Source: a virus
IMG/VR virus record: IMGVR_UViG_3300032304_000721
Location: 1-64,000 of that record
Strand: one strand, 5' to 3'
DNA length: 64,000 nt
Part shown: positions 1 to 8,971 of the stretch, one piece after another
Numbering within the stretch: position 1 is the stretch's first letter
Layout of the letters: each line of letters starts with the position of its first letter
Notes under the pieces: generated by a model
The model's database searches: none
Told to the model about the DNA's origin: nothing
Seen by the model: only the letters and a program-made list of their open reading frames with translations
Program-made: the position numbers and the translations under genes

Positions 1-192
1 GCGGATAATGGTAAAATGTGTTTTAAAACACACGATGACTTTGTGGCTCGCAGCAGCCGAGTATGGTTAGAGAATCGCAACGGTGTATATCAGGTGTATC
101 CTAAGTGGCACGGCCATCGTCGAGTAGATCCACACGAATTCACACTAGTTAAACTCAAAGCCAAAACAATCAAGTGGTGGACAGGTGAGTAA
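1..192 (+). CDS. Hypothetical protein, 5'-truncated by window edge
   Basis: Open frame 1 from base 1 (ADNGKMCFKTH...VDPHEFTLVKLKAKTIKWWTGE*), stop overlaps start of next gene. Confidence 0.6.
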   Translation, partial: ADNGKMCFKTHDDFVARSSRVWLENRNGVYQVYPKWHGHRRVDPHEFTLVKLKAKTIKWWTGE

Positions 193-460
193 GGACGAAT
201 ACTATTCAAGCACAGCCGCTAGGTTAGATACCATTATAGGCGGTGATACCACACACTTCTTACGCTTACAACGAGTCAAGAATGAATATGATGAACTTGC
301 CCGTGCTGTACTTGTTGGGCAAGGGTTTTTAACATTCTACGACTATGTTAAAGAATATTATGGCGTCAAACTTGCATTTGATGGCGAGGACGTTAGTTTA
401 GATTACATTGTCGTTGATGAAAAGAAATACACTGTATTCCTGTTAAAGTTTGATCGATAA
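185..460 (+). CDS. Small hypothetical phage protein (C-terminal FxLKF motif family)
   Basis: 91-aa ORF, GTG start, tightly packed; ends YTVFLLKFDR. Confidence 0.7.
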   Translation: MSKDEYYSSTAARLDTIIGGDTTHFLRLQRVKNEYDELARAVLVGQGFLTFYDYVKEYYGVKLAFDGEDVSLDYIVVDEKKYTVFLLKFDR

Positions 461-686
461 AATGATTGACCGTAATCCCAGATTAGCTATTCCTGTAAAA
501 ACCTACACTCACTACTCCGAATGTGAGCCTTGGTGTTTGGCCAATGTAGGAGCATGGAATGAAGATTGGTGGAAAGACTTTCAAGATATGGCCATTAGTA
601 TAACTCTTGGAGAAGGAACTCAACCTGATTGTTATTGGTTTCATCGAGAACAAGATGCCGTAATGTTTAGATTAAAATTTGCATGA
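450..686 (+). CDS. Small hypothetical phage protein (C-terminal FxLKF motif family)
   Basis: Ends FHREQDAVMFRLKFA; ATGA overlap with next gene; true start may be ATG at 462. Confidence 0.7.
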   Translation: MIDKMIDRNPRLAIPVKTYTHYSECEPWCLANVGAWNEDWWKDFQDMAISITLGEGTQPDCYWFHREQDAVMFRLKFA

Positions 687-985
687 AGATCACCGTTAAA
701 AAGAATCTAATCATATTTCATAGTGTACGTGAGTTCGAAGAACTACATCATAGCTTGTTACAAGAACACGGCCGTGCTACCATGTTGGTAAGCTGGCGTA
801 TGAAACGTGAACTAGGGTTTACTATACGTCATCATAAAGGGCTTGTACCACACGATGAATCCGAATGGGCAGTAATGAAATCCGAAGGATGGAATCATCG
901 TTATCATTATGAAGATCAAGTGCATCTGGACTTCTATAACGAAGCTCAACATACGTTTTTTGTGCTTAAATACCTAAATAATTAA
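683..985 (+). CDS. Small hypothetical phage protein (C-terminal FxLKY motif family)
   Basis: 100-aa ORF, ends FYNEAQHTFFVLKYLNN. Confidence 0.7.
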   Translation: MKITVKKNLIIFHSVREFEELHHSLLQEHGRATMLVSWRMKRELGFTIRHHKGLVPHDESEWAVMKSEGWNHRYHYEDQVHLDFYNEAQHTFFVLKYLNN

Positions 986-988
986 TGG

Positions 989-1017
989 TTGACCGTAAAT
1001 TCCATTCGTAGTATAAT
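989..1017 (+). promoter_or_regulatory. Sigma70-type promoter
   Basis: TTGACC (989-994), 17 bp spacer, TATAAT (1012-1017); AGGA RBS upstream of ATG 1046. Confidence 0.75.
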
Positions 1018-1045
1018 AGTTGTATAGTTAATAATTAGGACACGT

Positions 1046-2338
1046 ATGAGCACAGCCACTACAGCAAATAAAAAAGAATCCGACAAGTTCAAGGACCTGT
1101 GTGGCCCTACAGACGCCAAATTGGATCGTGAAATTCGTGAAAAATTGATCACTGCCCGTGTGGGCCTATTACTCCGTGCCAGCTTCTTTGGCAACTTGGC
1201 CACTCGTCTCAAGTTGGTCAATGCCGACGAATGGTGCCCTACTGCCGCAACAGACGGGCGTAATTTTTACTACAATAGTCGTTTCGTAGACATGCTTAAA
1301 CCCAAAGAGATCGAGTTCTTGTTTGGACACGAGGTCCTTCATTGTGTGTATGATCACTTTGGTCGTCGTGGTGATCGTGATCCGCAATTGTTTAACATTG
1401 CTAATGACTTCTGTGTCAACGGTGACTTGAAGAAACATCGTGTAGGCGAATTTATCACTACCGTTCCTTGCCTGTATGATCACAAGTACGAAGGCATGAG
1501 CTCAGAAGAGATCTATGACATCTTGTACGAAAACGCTGAAAAAATTGACATTGGCAGTTTGATTGACAAGATGCTAGACGAGCATTTGGATGGTGAAGGT
1601 CAAGACGGTGACGGCGATGAAGAGGGTGAGCAGGGCAAAAAAGGTGGCAAGGGTCGTCCCAAATTGAGTGCAGAAGAGCGTCAAAAGATCAAAGATGAGA
1701 TCAAAGAAGCTGTGCTAGCGGCCGCAGCGGCCAGTGATGGCGCAGGTAACTTGCCAGCAGGAGTTAAACGTATCATTGAAGATATGACTGCACCCAAGAT
1801 GAACTGGCGTGAGTTGTTGCGTATGCAATTAGAAAGCACTATCAAGAGTGACTATACTTGGATGCGTAATAGCCGTAGAGGCTGGCACATGGATGCCGTT
1901 ATGCCAGGTATGAAGTTGGATCCAATGATTGATATTGCTGTCAGTATCGATGCGTCAGGATCAATGGGTGCTCGAATGCTTAAAGATTTCCTAAGTGAAG
2001 TGGCAGGTATCATGGAACAATTTCCTAACTATCGCATCCATGTACTGAGCTTTGATACACAGGTTTACAATCCGCAACAGTTTGATTCAGAGAACTTGGA
2101 TGATATCACTGGCTACGAAATTATGGGTGGTGGTGGTACAGACTTTGATTGCGTATTTGAATACTTTAAGGCTAACGAAATCGAACCCAAGCGTCATATC
2201 ATGTTCACAGACGGTTACCCAAATGGTTCGTGGGGTGACGAGCAGTATTGCGACACGGTGTTTATCATGCACGGTACTACCAGCATTGTTCCACCATTTG
2301 GTCAATATGCTTACTACGAAGAGGAAAGTAAACACTAA
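1046..2338 (+). CDS. Putative metallopeptidase / VWA-domain protein (DUF2201-like)
   Basis: N-terminal TAATDG...HEVLH (HExxH), acidic Gly-rich linker, C-terminal VWA MIDAS DASGS...GGGGTDF...FTDG. Confidence 0.88.
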   Translation: MSTATTANKKESDKFKDLCGPTDAKLDREIREKLITARVGLLLRASFFGNLATRLKLVNADEWCPTAATDGRNFYYNSRFVDMLKPKEIEFLFGHEVLHCVYDHFGRRGDRDPQLFNIANDFCVNGDLKKHRVGEFITTVPCLYDHKYEGMSSEEIYDILYENAEKIDIGSLIDKMLDEHLDGEGQDGDGDEEGEQGKKGGKGRPKLSAEERQKIKDEIKEAVLAAAAASDGAGNLPAGVKRIIEDMTAPKMNWRELLRMQLESTIKSDYTWMRNSRRGWHMDAVMPGMKLDPMIDIAVSIDASGSMGARMLKDFLSEVAGIMEQFPNYRIHVLSFDTQVYNPQQFDSENLDDITGYEIMGGGGTDFDCVFEYFKANEIEPKRHIMFTDGYPNGSWGDEQYCDTVFIMHGTTSIVPPFGQYAYYEEESKH

Positions 2339-2523
2339 TGATTAAAGGATTCGAGCACGTGGGTACGGATCATAAATGTAATGTATGTGCTTGTAAGTTT
2401 ACCGAAGATGAAGGTGGTGTACTAGGATACTTTGGTATCTTGCCTGTGGCATTTTGCCCAACTTGTTATAGCAGCATGGTAGATATGGTAAGTCAGGATT
2501 TAGAGATAGGAATAGAAGAATGA
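2338..2523 (+). CDS. Small putative Zn-binding protein
   Basis: CNVC...CPTC pairs; TAATG overlap with upstream gene. Confidence 0.65.
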   Translation: MIKGFEHVGTDHKCNVCACKFTEDEGGVLGYFGILPVAFCPTCYSSMVDMVSQDLEIGIEE

Positions 2524-2687
2524 ATCGATTCAGATCATGGTATCAAAAAAATGTTACAGAAATTAGTTGGTTCGTAATTGGTATTCTGGTTGCCGCTGGA
2601 GCAGAAAAATTTAGTCAAGGTGATTTTGATGCGGCACTAGTTTTTTGGGCTATTGCCTTTGCCAACTACTACTTAAACCGTAGATAA
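2520..2687 (+). CDS. Small membrane protein (55 aa, not in ORF track)
   Basis: ATGA overlap; MNRFRSWYQKNVTEISWFVIGILVAAGAEKFSQGDFDAALVFWAIAFANYYLNRR*, two hydrophobic segments. Confidence 0.65.
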   Translation: MNRFRSWYQKNVTEISWFVIGILVAAGAEKFSQGDFDAALVFWAIAFANYYLNRR

Positions 2688-2706
2688 CTGTCAATCAGTT
2701 TAGCCG

Positions 2707-2735
2707 AAACACCCCTAAATGGGGTGTTTTTTGTT
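2707..2735 (+). terminator. Rho-independent terminator
   Basis: AAACACCCC-TAAAT-GGGGTGTTT hairpin followed by T-tract. Confidence 0.85.
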
Positions 2736-2766
2736 CGAAAAATAAATTAAGTACCTATATTAGTCG

Positions 2767-2772
2767 TAAATA
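2767..2772 (+). promoter_or_regulatory. Putative late promoter (TAAATA)
   Basis: TAAATA 5 nt upstream of ATG 2778, right after a terminator; same motif precedes structural genes. Confidence 0.55.
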
Positions 2773-2777
2773 TCTAT

Positions 2778-2987
2778 ATGGACAATACACAAATCACAAT
2801 TGCAGATCTTGACACAATTAAAAATATCATTGATCTTGCCAGCACACGCGGTGCATTCCGTGGTGCAGAACTTACACAGGTAGGAGTGGTCTATGACAAA
2901 CTCACTGTATTTTTAGAAGCAGTAATAGCTCAGGCGAAAGCCCAAGAAGCATCAAACGCTGAAGCCGGCGAAACTCAAGGAGAATAA
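2778..2987 (+). CDS. Hypothetical protein
   Basis: 69-aa ORF between terminator and next gene. Confidence 0.75.
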   Translation: MDNTQITIADLDTIKNIIDLASTRGAFRGAELTQVGVVYDKLTVFLEAVIAQAKAQEASNAEAGETQGE

Positions 2988-2988
2988 C

Positions 2989-3750
2989 ATGGCATTTATG
3001 AAACACGTAGGTAAACACGGAGACCGTAAAGTCTGTATCCTGTTCCGTCAGGTTCCAGGTGAAGATCACATGTGCTTGGTCATCTATCCAGATACATTAC
3101 ATGCACACTGGCAGGACTCAATCCAGAAGGCATTAGAAAGCGACGTGGCACAACAAAGCGAAGAGCTTGCTGATGCGTTACATCGTAGTTACTTGCCAGA
3201 TGGTCGTCCTGTGTTAGAAACACTGCACCAAGAGCGCATGATTAAGAAACTTCGCACTAGTGATATCATTGTAACTCCAACCCCAGATGCTAAGATTCGG
3301 TTGGATGAACTTAACAAAATGCTGAACGAAATGAAGCAGGGCGAAGCTGCTATCAAGAAGATGGCCGAGAATGATGCTAGCCGTGGTATGGTTGCTCCAG
3401 ACGTTAAACGTGCTGCCGAAGCTGCTTACAAGGCACAGCAAGTTGCTGCCGCAAATCCAGGCATGGTTGTGCCTCCAACATTGACAGCTGGACAAGACGG
3501 TGCCCTAAGTGATCGTGACATTGCCGCCAACATGTTGGCACAGGCCAAGGCCATGGAAGTCAATGCCAGAAATATGGTAGCTGAGGCTGCTAGAATGAAG
3601 AAAGATGCAGAACGTATGGATCCTACAGTGTCAGCTCGAGCCGTAGCACCAAATGTACAATCTGATGCTCCAGTTGCGGAAGCGCCTAAACGTCGCGGCC
3701 GTGGTCCTAACAAACCCAAGACTGTGGCGGCAGATGCAACACACGGATGA
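2989..3750 (+). CDS. Hypothetical phage protein with helical C-terminal half and basic tail
   Basis: 253 aa; AAGGAG RBS; ends KRRGRGPNKPK... Confidence 0.8.
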   Translation: MAFMKHVGKHGDRKVCILFRQVPGEDHMCLVIYPDTLHAHWQDSIQKALESDVAQQSEELADALHRSYLPDGRPVLETLHQERMIKKLRTSDIIVTPTPDAKIRLDELNKMLNEMKQGEAAIKKMAENDASRGMVAPDVKRAAEAAYKAQQVAAANPGMVVPPTLTAGQDGALSDRDIAANMLAQAKAMEVNARNMVAEAARMKKDAERMDPTVSARAVAPNVQSDAPVAEAPKRRGRGPNKPKTVAADATHG

Positions 3751-4036
3751 TTTCTTAACCCAATGGGAACACATTCTTGCTGACGTAAACAAAACTGATG
3801 TTCCCTTAGAATGTATCAAGAAAGTTGTAATTAAACTTGCAGGTGGTAAACAAAAAACTATCAACGTTCATACCTTGTTAAAGCAAGGGCTGGACCTGGC
3901 AGAAGTTGAACAAATGCTCACTAGATTTTTCAGTGAACGTGATCACGAAATTCGTGATGTAGACTTTGTGGTAGACGTCTCTGCTGTAGCAAATCTTGTA
4001 CAACCCGAAACCGACAAACTGTTAGGAAAAATTTGA
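3734..4036 (+). CDS. Hypothetical protein
   Basis: Likely start ATG 3734 (MQHTDDFLTQWEHILADV...) rather than 3653, which lies deep inside the upstream gene. Confidence 0.7.
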   Translation: MQHTDDFLTQWEHILADVNKTDVPLECIKKVVIKLAGGKQKTINVHTLLKQGLDLAEVEQMLTRFFSERDHEIRDVDFVVDVSAVANLVQPETDKLLGKI

Positions 4037-4710
4037 AAGTCACACTAGTTTCGTCGAGCCAACCTAGCGCAGAATTAGCAGCCCAGGGCATAGTGAATGC
4101 CCAAGAGTTGGTTGCGTTCTGCGCTAGAGTTAGCAATCCAGCTAACCAAACCAATACAGACACCAGCGAAAAGCTCATTCGCTATCTCATTAAGCACCGG
4201 CACTGGAGCCCATTAGAAATGGTAAGTGCCTGTTTAGAAATTGAAACCACTCGCGATATTGCAAGACAAATCTTGCGTCATCGTAGCTTTAGTTTTCAGG
4301 AGTTTAGTCAGCGTTACGCTGTAGCAGACTTGGGTTGGGAACTCAAAGAAACCAGATTGCAAGATACTAAAAATAGACAGAATAGTATTGCACTCAGCGG
4401 ACTGACTGTTAAAGAACAAAACTTAATCGAGCAGTGGAAGGTCAAGCAAGAGCAACTGATACAGGATGCCGAACATGCTTACGATTGGGCTATTACTAAC
4501 GGAATTGCCAAGGAACAAGCTAGGGCTGTGCTACCAGAAGGGCTTACTGTGAGTAGGCTATATATGCAAGGCACACTTCGTAGCTGGTTACACTATATTG
4601 AATTGCGTAATGGCCCAGAAACACAAAAAGAACATAGACAAGTTGCACATGCTTGTGCTACGGCATTGGAAACTATCTTCCCAATGGTCTCTGAATTTCT
4701 TGTAAAATAA
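4033..4710 (+). CDS. thyX: Flavin-dependent thymidylate synthase ThyX
   Basis: HWSPLE, ThyX motif RQILRHRSFSFQEFSQRY, KEQARAVLP, RSWLHYIELR...QKEHR. Confidence 0.96.
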   Translation: MKVTLVSSSQPSAELAAQGIVNAQELVAFCARVSNPANQTNTDTSEKLIRYLIKHRHWSPLEMVSACLEIETTRDIARQILRHRSFSFQEFSQRYAVADLGWELKETRLQDTKNRQNSIALSGLTVKEQNLIEQWKVKQEQLIQDAEHAYDWAITNGIAKEQARAVLPEGLTVSRLYMQGTLRSWLHYIELRNGPETQKEHRQVAHACATALETIFPMVSEFLVK

Positions 4711-4728
4711 CTGCTGACCTGTTATAAT
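4700..4728 (+). promoter_or_regulatory. Sigma70-type promoter (probably leaderless transcript)
   Basis: TTGTAA (4700-4705), 17 bp, TATAAT (4723-4728), 6 nt before ATG 4735. Confidence 0.6.
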
Positions 4729-4734
4729 AACAGT

Positions 4735-4974
4735 ATGCAGAAAATCAACTTCCATTCTTTTAGTATGGGTGATGTAGAAGATCCAGAACTCTATGCCGCA
4801 CAACCGTTATATGAGTGGCAACAAACAGACCAGGGCCAATGGGTAATGAAGCATTGTTCTGACCCAAGATACATTGTACGACCCGATGATCATAATTGGG
4901 GACATAAAATCATTGTCTACGGCGAAATAGAAGATCAATTGGCAACCGAATACTTACTAAAGTGGGGAAAATGA
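4735..4974 (+). CDS. Small hypothetical protein (C-terminal YxLKW motif family)
   Basis: 79 aa, ends QLATEYLLKWGK; ATGA overlap with epimerase. Confidence 0.75.
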   Translation: MQKINFHSFSMGDVEDPELYAAQPLYEWQQTDQGQWVMKHCSDPRYIVRPDDHNWGHKIIVYGEIEDQLATEYLLKWGK

Positions 4975-5939
4975 AAATACTTATAACAGGTGGACTAGGA
5001 CTTATCGGACACAATGTAACTGCCAAGTTAGAAGCAAAAGAACACGAAGTTGTTATTGTGGATACACAAACCAACTATGGCATCATTCCGCAAGATGAAC
5101 TTGACTACTTGCTAGCAGAGCGTCGTAAAAAGATCGCCACAGATAGAATTTATCGCATTGATATTGCTGATCGCGACGGCATTAACTGGGTCGTGCGTGA
5201 GCATAAACCCGATGTTGTTATACACATGGCCAGTTTTCCTAGACAGAAAGTAGTCAACGCCAATCCTGCATGGGGTGCGCAAGTTATGATGGAAGGCTTA
5301 ATTAATGTTCTAGAAAGTGCTAAGGCACACCGAGTAGAACGTGTCGTTTATATTAGTAGCTCAATGGTATACGGCGACTTTGAAGATCAAGTCACCGAAG
5401 ACAGCGAGTGTAATCCAATTGGACAGTATGGTATTATGAAACTTGCTGGAGAACACCTGGTTAAAGATTATCATCGACGCGGTGCCTTTGACTACATCGT
5501 TATTCGTCCCAGTGCTGTATACGGCCCGCTTGATGTTGAAGATAGAGTTGTTGCCAAGTTTATGTTAGCTGCCATGCGTGGTGAAACTCTCAAGGTAAAT
5601 GGTGCAGAAGAAACACTGGACTTTACTTACGTGGAGGATGCCGCTGACGGTATTGTATCGGCTACCACACGTATCATGAGTGCCAATCGTATATATAATA
5701 TTACAAAATCACATTCAGTGACTCTGTTAGAGGCCGCAGAAATGATTGTTCGAATTGTAGGCAAAGGTACTGTTGAAGTTAGAGATAAAGATGCAGACTT
5801 TCCTAGTCGAGGTGCATTAGATATTGATCGTGCTAGAGTTATTCTTGGATACGATCCCAAAATTGATGTTGAAGAAGGTTTCCAAAGGTATTATGAATGG
5901 CTTAAAAATTCCGTTTACTGGTCTCAAAAAACAGTATAA
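4971..5939 (+). CDS. NAD-dependent nucleotide-sugar epimerase/dehydratase (extended SDR)
   Basis: ILITGGLGLIG Rossmann motif, YISSSMVYG, catalytic YGIMK (YxxxK), RPSAVYGP, DFTYVED; start ATG 4971. Confidence 0.93.
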   Translation: MKILITGGLGLIGHNVTAKLEAKEHEVVIVDTQTNYGIIPQDELDYLLAERRKKIATDRIYRIDIADRDGINWVVREHKPDVVIHMASFPRQKVVNANPAWGAQVMMEGLINVLESAKAHRVERVVYISSSMVYGDFEDQVTEDSECNPIGQYGIMKLAGEHLVKDYHRRGAFDYIVIRPSAVYGPLDVEDRVVAKFMLAAMRGETLKVNGAEETLDFTYVEDAADGIVSATTRIMSANRIYNITKSHSVTLLEAAEMIVRIVGKGTVEVRDKDADFPSRGALDIDRARVILGYDPKIDVEEGFQRYYEWLKNSVYWSQKTV

Positions 5940-6978
5940 CACGTTACGCACAGAGATATTAGATGTCACAGATGAAGTATTACGTTCTGGACAACTCATG
6001 GCGGGCAATTATACATTAGAGTTTGAAAACTGGCTGGCTCGAAAGAATCATAGCAAATATGCTATAACTTGTCATTCAGGCAGTCAAGCCTTAGAAATAA
6101 TAGCCGAATTTTATCGTGGACAAAGTAGTACAAATCCACCCAGAGTAGTTGTACCCGCAATGACCTATGTGGCCACAGCCAATGCATTTATTCGTGCAGG
6201 CTGGACGGTATATATTGCTGATACCGACACACATGGACTATTAAACAAAAACAAGATACCACACGACCTAAGTGTACAGGCCACTGTGTTGGTTGGATTA
6301 TATGGTGCCGCGGTAAATGCTGATCGTTTCTGGGGCACAGATTTAATCATAGAAGATGGTGCTCAACATTGGTTAAGCAACAACTCGAATAGAATAGGCA
6401 ATGCCACTGCTGTCAGCTTTGATCCTATGAAAAACTTAAATGCCTACGGTAATGGCGGTGCTGTTGTGACTGATGACATGGACCTGTTGGAGTTTGCTAG
6501 AGAGTGGACAAACAATGGAAAGCCTGCTCATACTAACATAGGAACAAATAGTAGAATGAGTGAAACAGAATCGGCTCAGATGTTAATCAAAACACGATAC
6601 ATTGACGCTTGGCAAGCTCGACGTAAAAGCATTGCATTATATTGGATGGGTCGTTTAAAGAACTCAGGTATTAGAAGTTTAATTGATAATAATAATTTTG
6701 AAACTCACTGCTATCATAAATTTGTTATTGATACAGATAGTCGAGATATATTATCGCAAAATTTAAATATAAAAGGCATTGAAACTCGTGTACATTATAA
6801 ACAACCGTTACACGAGTTACCTGCTTACGCAGATTATACCGGACCAGATATATTAAGTGTTGCCAGTAGTTTAAGTCGCAGAGTATTAAGTTTACCCTTA
6901 TATCCTGAATTAACTGACTTAGAAGTAGAATACGTTATTGATTCGGTATTAGATTCCGCTTTAACAAAGCATAACTAG
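5893..6978 (+). CDS. DegT/DnrJ/EryC1/StrS-family PLP-dependent sugar aminotransferase
   Basis: SGSQAL, PAMTYVATANA, IIEDGAQ, SFDPMKNL..GNGG (PLP Lys), GIETRVHY, LSLPLYPEL; likely start ATG 5893. Confidence 0.93.
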   Translation: MNGLKIPFTGLKKQYNTLRTEILDVTDEVLRSGQLMAGNYTLEFENWLARKNHSKYAITCHSGSQALEIIAEFYRGQSSTNPPRVVVPAMTYVATANAFIRAGWTVYIADTDTHGLLNKNKIPHDLSVQATVLVGLYGAAVNADRFWGTDLIIEDGAQHWLSNNSNRIGNATAVSFDPMKNLNAYGNGGAVVTDDMDLLEFAREWTNNGKPAHTNIGTNSRMSETESAQMLIKTRYIDAWQARRKSIALYWMGRLKNSGIRSLIDNNNFETHCYHKFVIDTDSRDILSQNLNIKGIETRVHYKQPLHELPAYADYTGPDILSVASSLSRRVLSLPLYPELTDLEVEYVIDSVLDSALTKHN

Positions 6979-8968
6979 CCAACCAAGCCCAGTCATAGCT
7001 TTTCTTTAATTCAGTAAAGTCTCCTGCGACACTATCGTAATATTCCACAGCATCTTCTGCTCCCCACACGCTATACTCGCTATTTTCCACTGTGTTCGCT
7101 GGTGTTAGCCAACGTGTGAGTCTGTATTCGTTCTCCACATCAGGTAAACTGTGTTTAAGTTTAATAACTTCTCGAAATGCAGTGCGCCAAGCTACCCACT
7201 TACTGTAATGATAGTTTGCTATACCAGATACTATAGGAACTACTTCGTGTGCGCTATCTAGTGTAAAGTCTAGGCCCGGCGCAGTGTTTTCTAACACTAA
7301 TTTTTTATTGTAGGCAATCATGGCCTGATGCCCATATTCTAATCCGTTAACAGGATTATATGCGTGAAAGATATAATGCTTGGGCTCTTGAAGCCTATCT
7401 GGTTGCCATGCCCAGTCGAAAGTAGAACTAACTTCTAACTTAGCAAACACAGCAAAAAACCAAGGTGTTGTACTTAATTGTGCGGCTGCCCGATAGGCAG
7501 CTACACGACCCGTAACGCCTGTGCTACGATGTATTTTAATATTATTGGTCCGCTCTGCAGCCCATTTTAAGTATAGATAGTTATCGTCAGCATTTGGTTC
7601 GCCGTTATCTATAAACACTATATCTAACAAGGTATCTGCTAACATGTGACGCTGTGTACGATCAATATAAGGATAATCATATAATTGCTTTTTAATATAA
7701 GGCACACAAGTTCGCGGCACAATAACAGTGCTGGCACCTGCACTCAATGGCACTATAGTTTTGGTCTTTTCTCTCCACAAACTTACAGCAGGAATATCTT
7801 TTATTACGATATTATTTTGCGTGGTGAAAATACTCAAGGGCCCGGCCCAATTATTATTTTGCACTGCTTCGACTTGTGTGTCGCAATTGTGTTGTATAAT
7901 AGGTACGGGTCTACGTGGCACTGCTGGTCCAATATAATTGACGTCATACCAATCTAATAATTCTATTGAGTCTGCACGGTACGCAAATGTGGGCACATGC
8001 ATAAAAAAAGTATCGCCAAACTTGATATTATCACTGGCAAATACGTGTAACATGCCTGCTTGCCATTGCTCAGGATGCCAACTAAAGTCAAATTTATCGT
8101 AATCGCAAATGCTGGAACAAATCCAAACAAATTCATGCCCGGCTTTATCTGCATTACGAGCAATTCTACGTAGAGTATCTAGATAATTGTCAAAATAACG
8201 TACAATGGTTGTATTGATATCTGAGTTTGTTTCAATTTGCACTTGAGTATTTTTAATATTAAGATCTAAATGATCAATTATATATACGTGTTGTGCAGTA
8301 CGTTGAGTTCGTATCCGTATTTGATCCACATATTTTATTTCTGTTGCATTGGCTATACGATATTCAGGACCACCTGTGCGTTGATGTTGTGTGCCAAACT
8401 GATAATTATAAGGCGGATCTGTACTATCTGGATGCCAAGTATAATCAAAACTGTCATTATCTACATTTGCTGGAACAAACCAATTCGTATCCCGAGCAGT
8501 TTTATTATAATGCGGTGTTCTTATATATTTTATTTCTATGGCACCAGGCACTCGATATATTGGACCACCGGTTTTTTGATGTTGTGTGCCAAACTGATAT
8601 ATTAAAGCAGGTTCTGAGTAATCCGGATGCCAACTATAATCCCAATCGTCGACTGTGTTGTGCCAATTATCTTTGCAAGCGATTCTAGTCAATCGATGAT
8701 CAGTGCGATAGTTGGTTTCGGTATATCCGTTGCAGGGAATTAAATATGTTCCAGAATCTTTTTGCCATTGACTGGGCCATGCATGACGATATTCTGCTTG
8801 CCAAGGAACAGGTTCAAATAAAAAGTCAAAGCCTGTGTAATCCGTTAAATAGTTTATCCACCAAAACGACCTAGTACGACTTAGTTTTTTTGCATGCTCA
8901 ATATCACGAGCTGGTTGCTCATGTGCAAATAAGTTGGGCTTGCGACCCGAATAAAATATATCAAACAT
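6935..8968 (-). CDS. Multi-module glycosyltransferase-like (GT-A/GT2-like) protein
   Basis: C-terminal domain parallels 23166-24083 (DIVFI..EPN, AYRAAA, NPVNGLEYG, AWRTAFRE..K); repeated (F/W)D(F/Y)xWHP motifs. Confidence 0.55.
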   Translation of the reverse strand: MFDIFYSGRKPNLFAHEQPARDIEHAKKLSRTRSFWWINYLTDYTGFDFLFEPVPWQAEYRHAWPSQWQKDSGTYLIPCNGYTETNYRTDHRLTRIACKDNWHNTVDDWDYSWHPDYSEPALIYQFGTQHQKTGGPIYRVPGAIEIKYIRTPHYNKTARDTNWFVPANVDNDSFDYTWHPDSTDPPYNYQFGTQHQRTGGPEYRIANATEIKYVDQIRIRTQRTAQHVYIIDHLDLNIKNTQVQIETNSDINTTIVRYFDNYLDTLRRIARNADKAGHEFVWICSSICDYDKFDFSWHPEQWQAGMLHVFASDNIKFGDTFFMHVPTFAYRADSIELLDWYDVNYIGPAVPRRPVPIIQHNCDTQVEAVQNNNWAGPLSIFTTQNNIVIKDIPAVSLWREKTKTIVPLSAGASTVIVPRTCVPYIKKQLYDYPYIDRTQRHMLADTLLDIVFIDNGEPNADDNYLYLKWAAERTNNIKIHRSTGVTGRVAAYRAAAQLSTTPWFFAVFAKLEVSSTFDWAWQPDRLQEPKHYIFHAYNPVNGLEYGHQAMIAYNKKLVLENTAPGLDFTLDSAHEVVPIVSGIANYHYSKWVAWRTAFREVIKLKHSLPDVENEYRLTRWLTPANTVENSEYSVWGAEDAVEYYDSVAGDFTELKKSYDWAWLASYALLKRNLIPNQ
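8381..8599. repeat. Intragenic direct repeat, 24 bp identical core, 195 bp apart
   Basis: TTGATGTTGTGTGCCAAACTGATA at 8381-8404 and 8576-8599, encoding duplicated YQFGTQHQxTGGPxYR module. Confidence 0.85.
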
Positions 8969-8971
8969 TAA

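Noticed and set aside
967-980. Two TAAATA hexamers at the end of the 683-985 gene as late promoters
   Set aside because: Inside AT-rich coding sequence (LKYLNN), and a clear sigma70 promoter lies just downstream; likely chance
3690-3722. KRRGRGP as an AT-hook DNA-binding motif
   Set aside because: Does not match the RGRP core exactly and sits in a low-complexity tail; insufficient support
3653-5892. ORF-track starts at 3653, 4962 and 5824 (also 24426, 55657, 55672)
   Set aside because: Downstream ATG/GTG starts (3734, 4971, 5893, 24408, 55768, 55654) fit gene coupling, RBS and domain starts better
8381-8599. 24-bp direct repeat as an att site or DGR template/variable repeat
   Set aside because: In-frame intragenic duplication; no reverse transcriptase or integrase in the window, and no evident adenine-specific mismatch pattern
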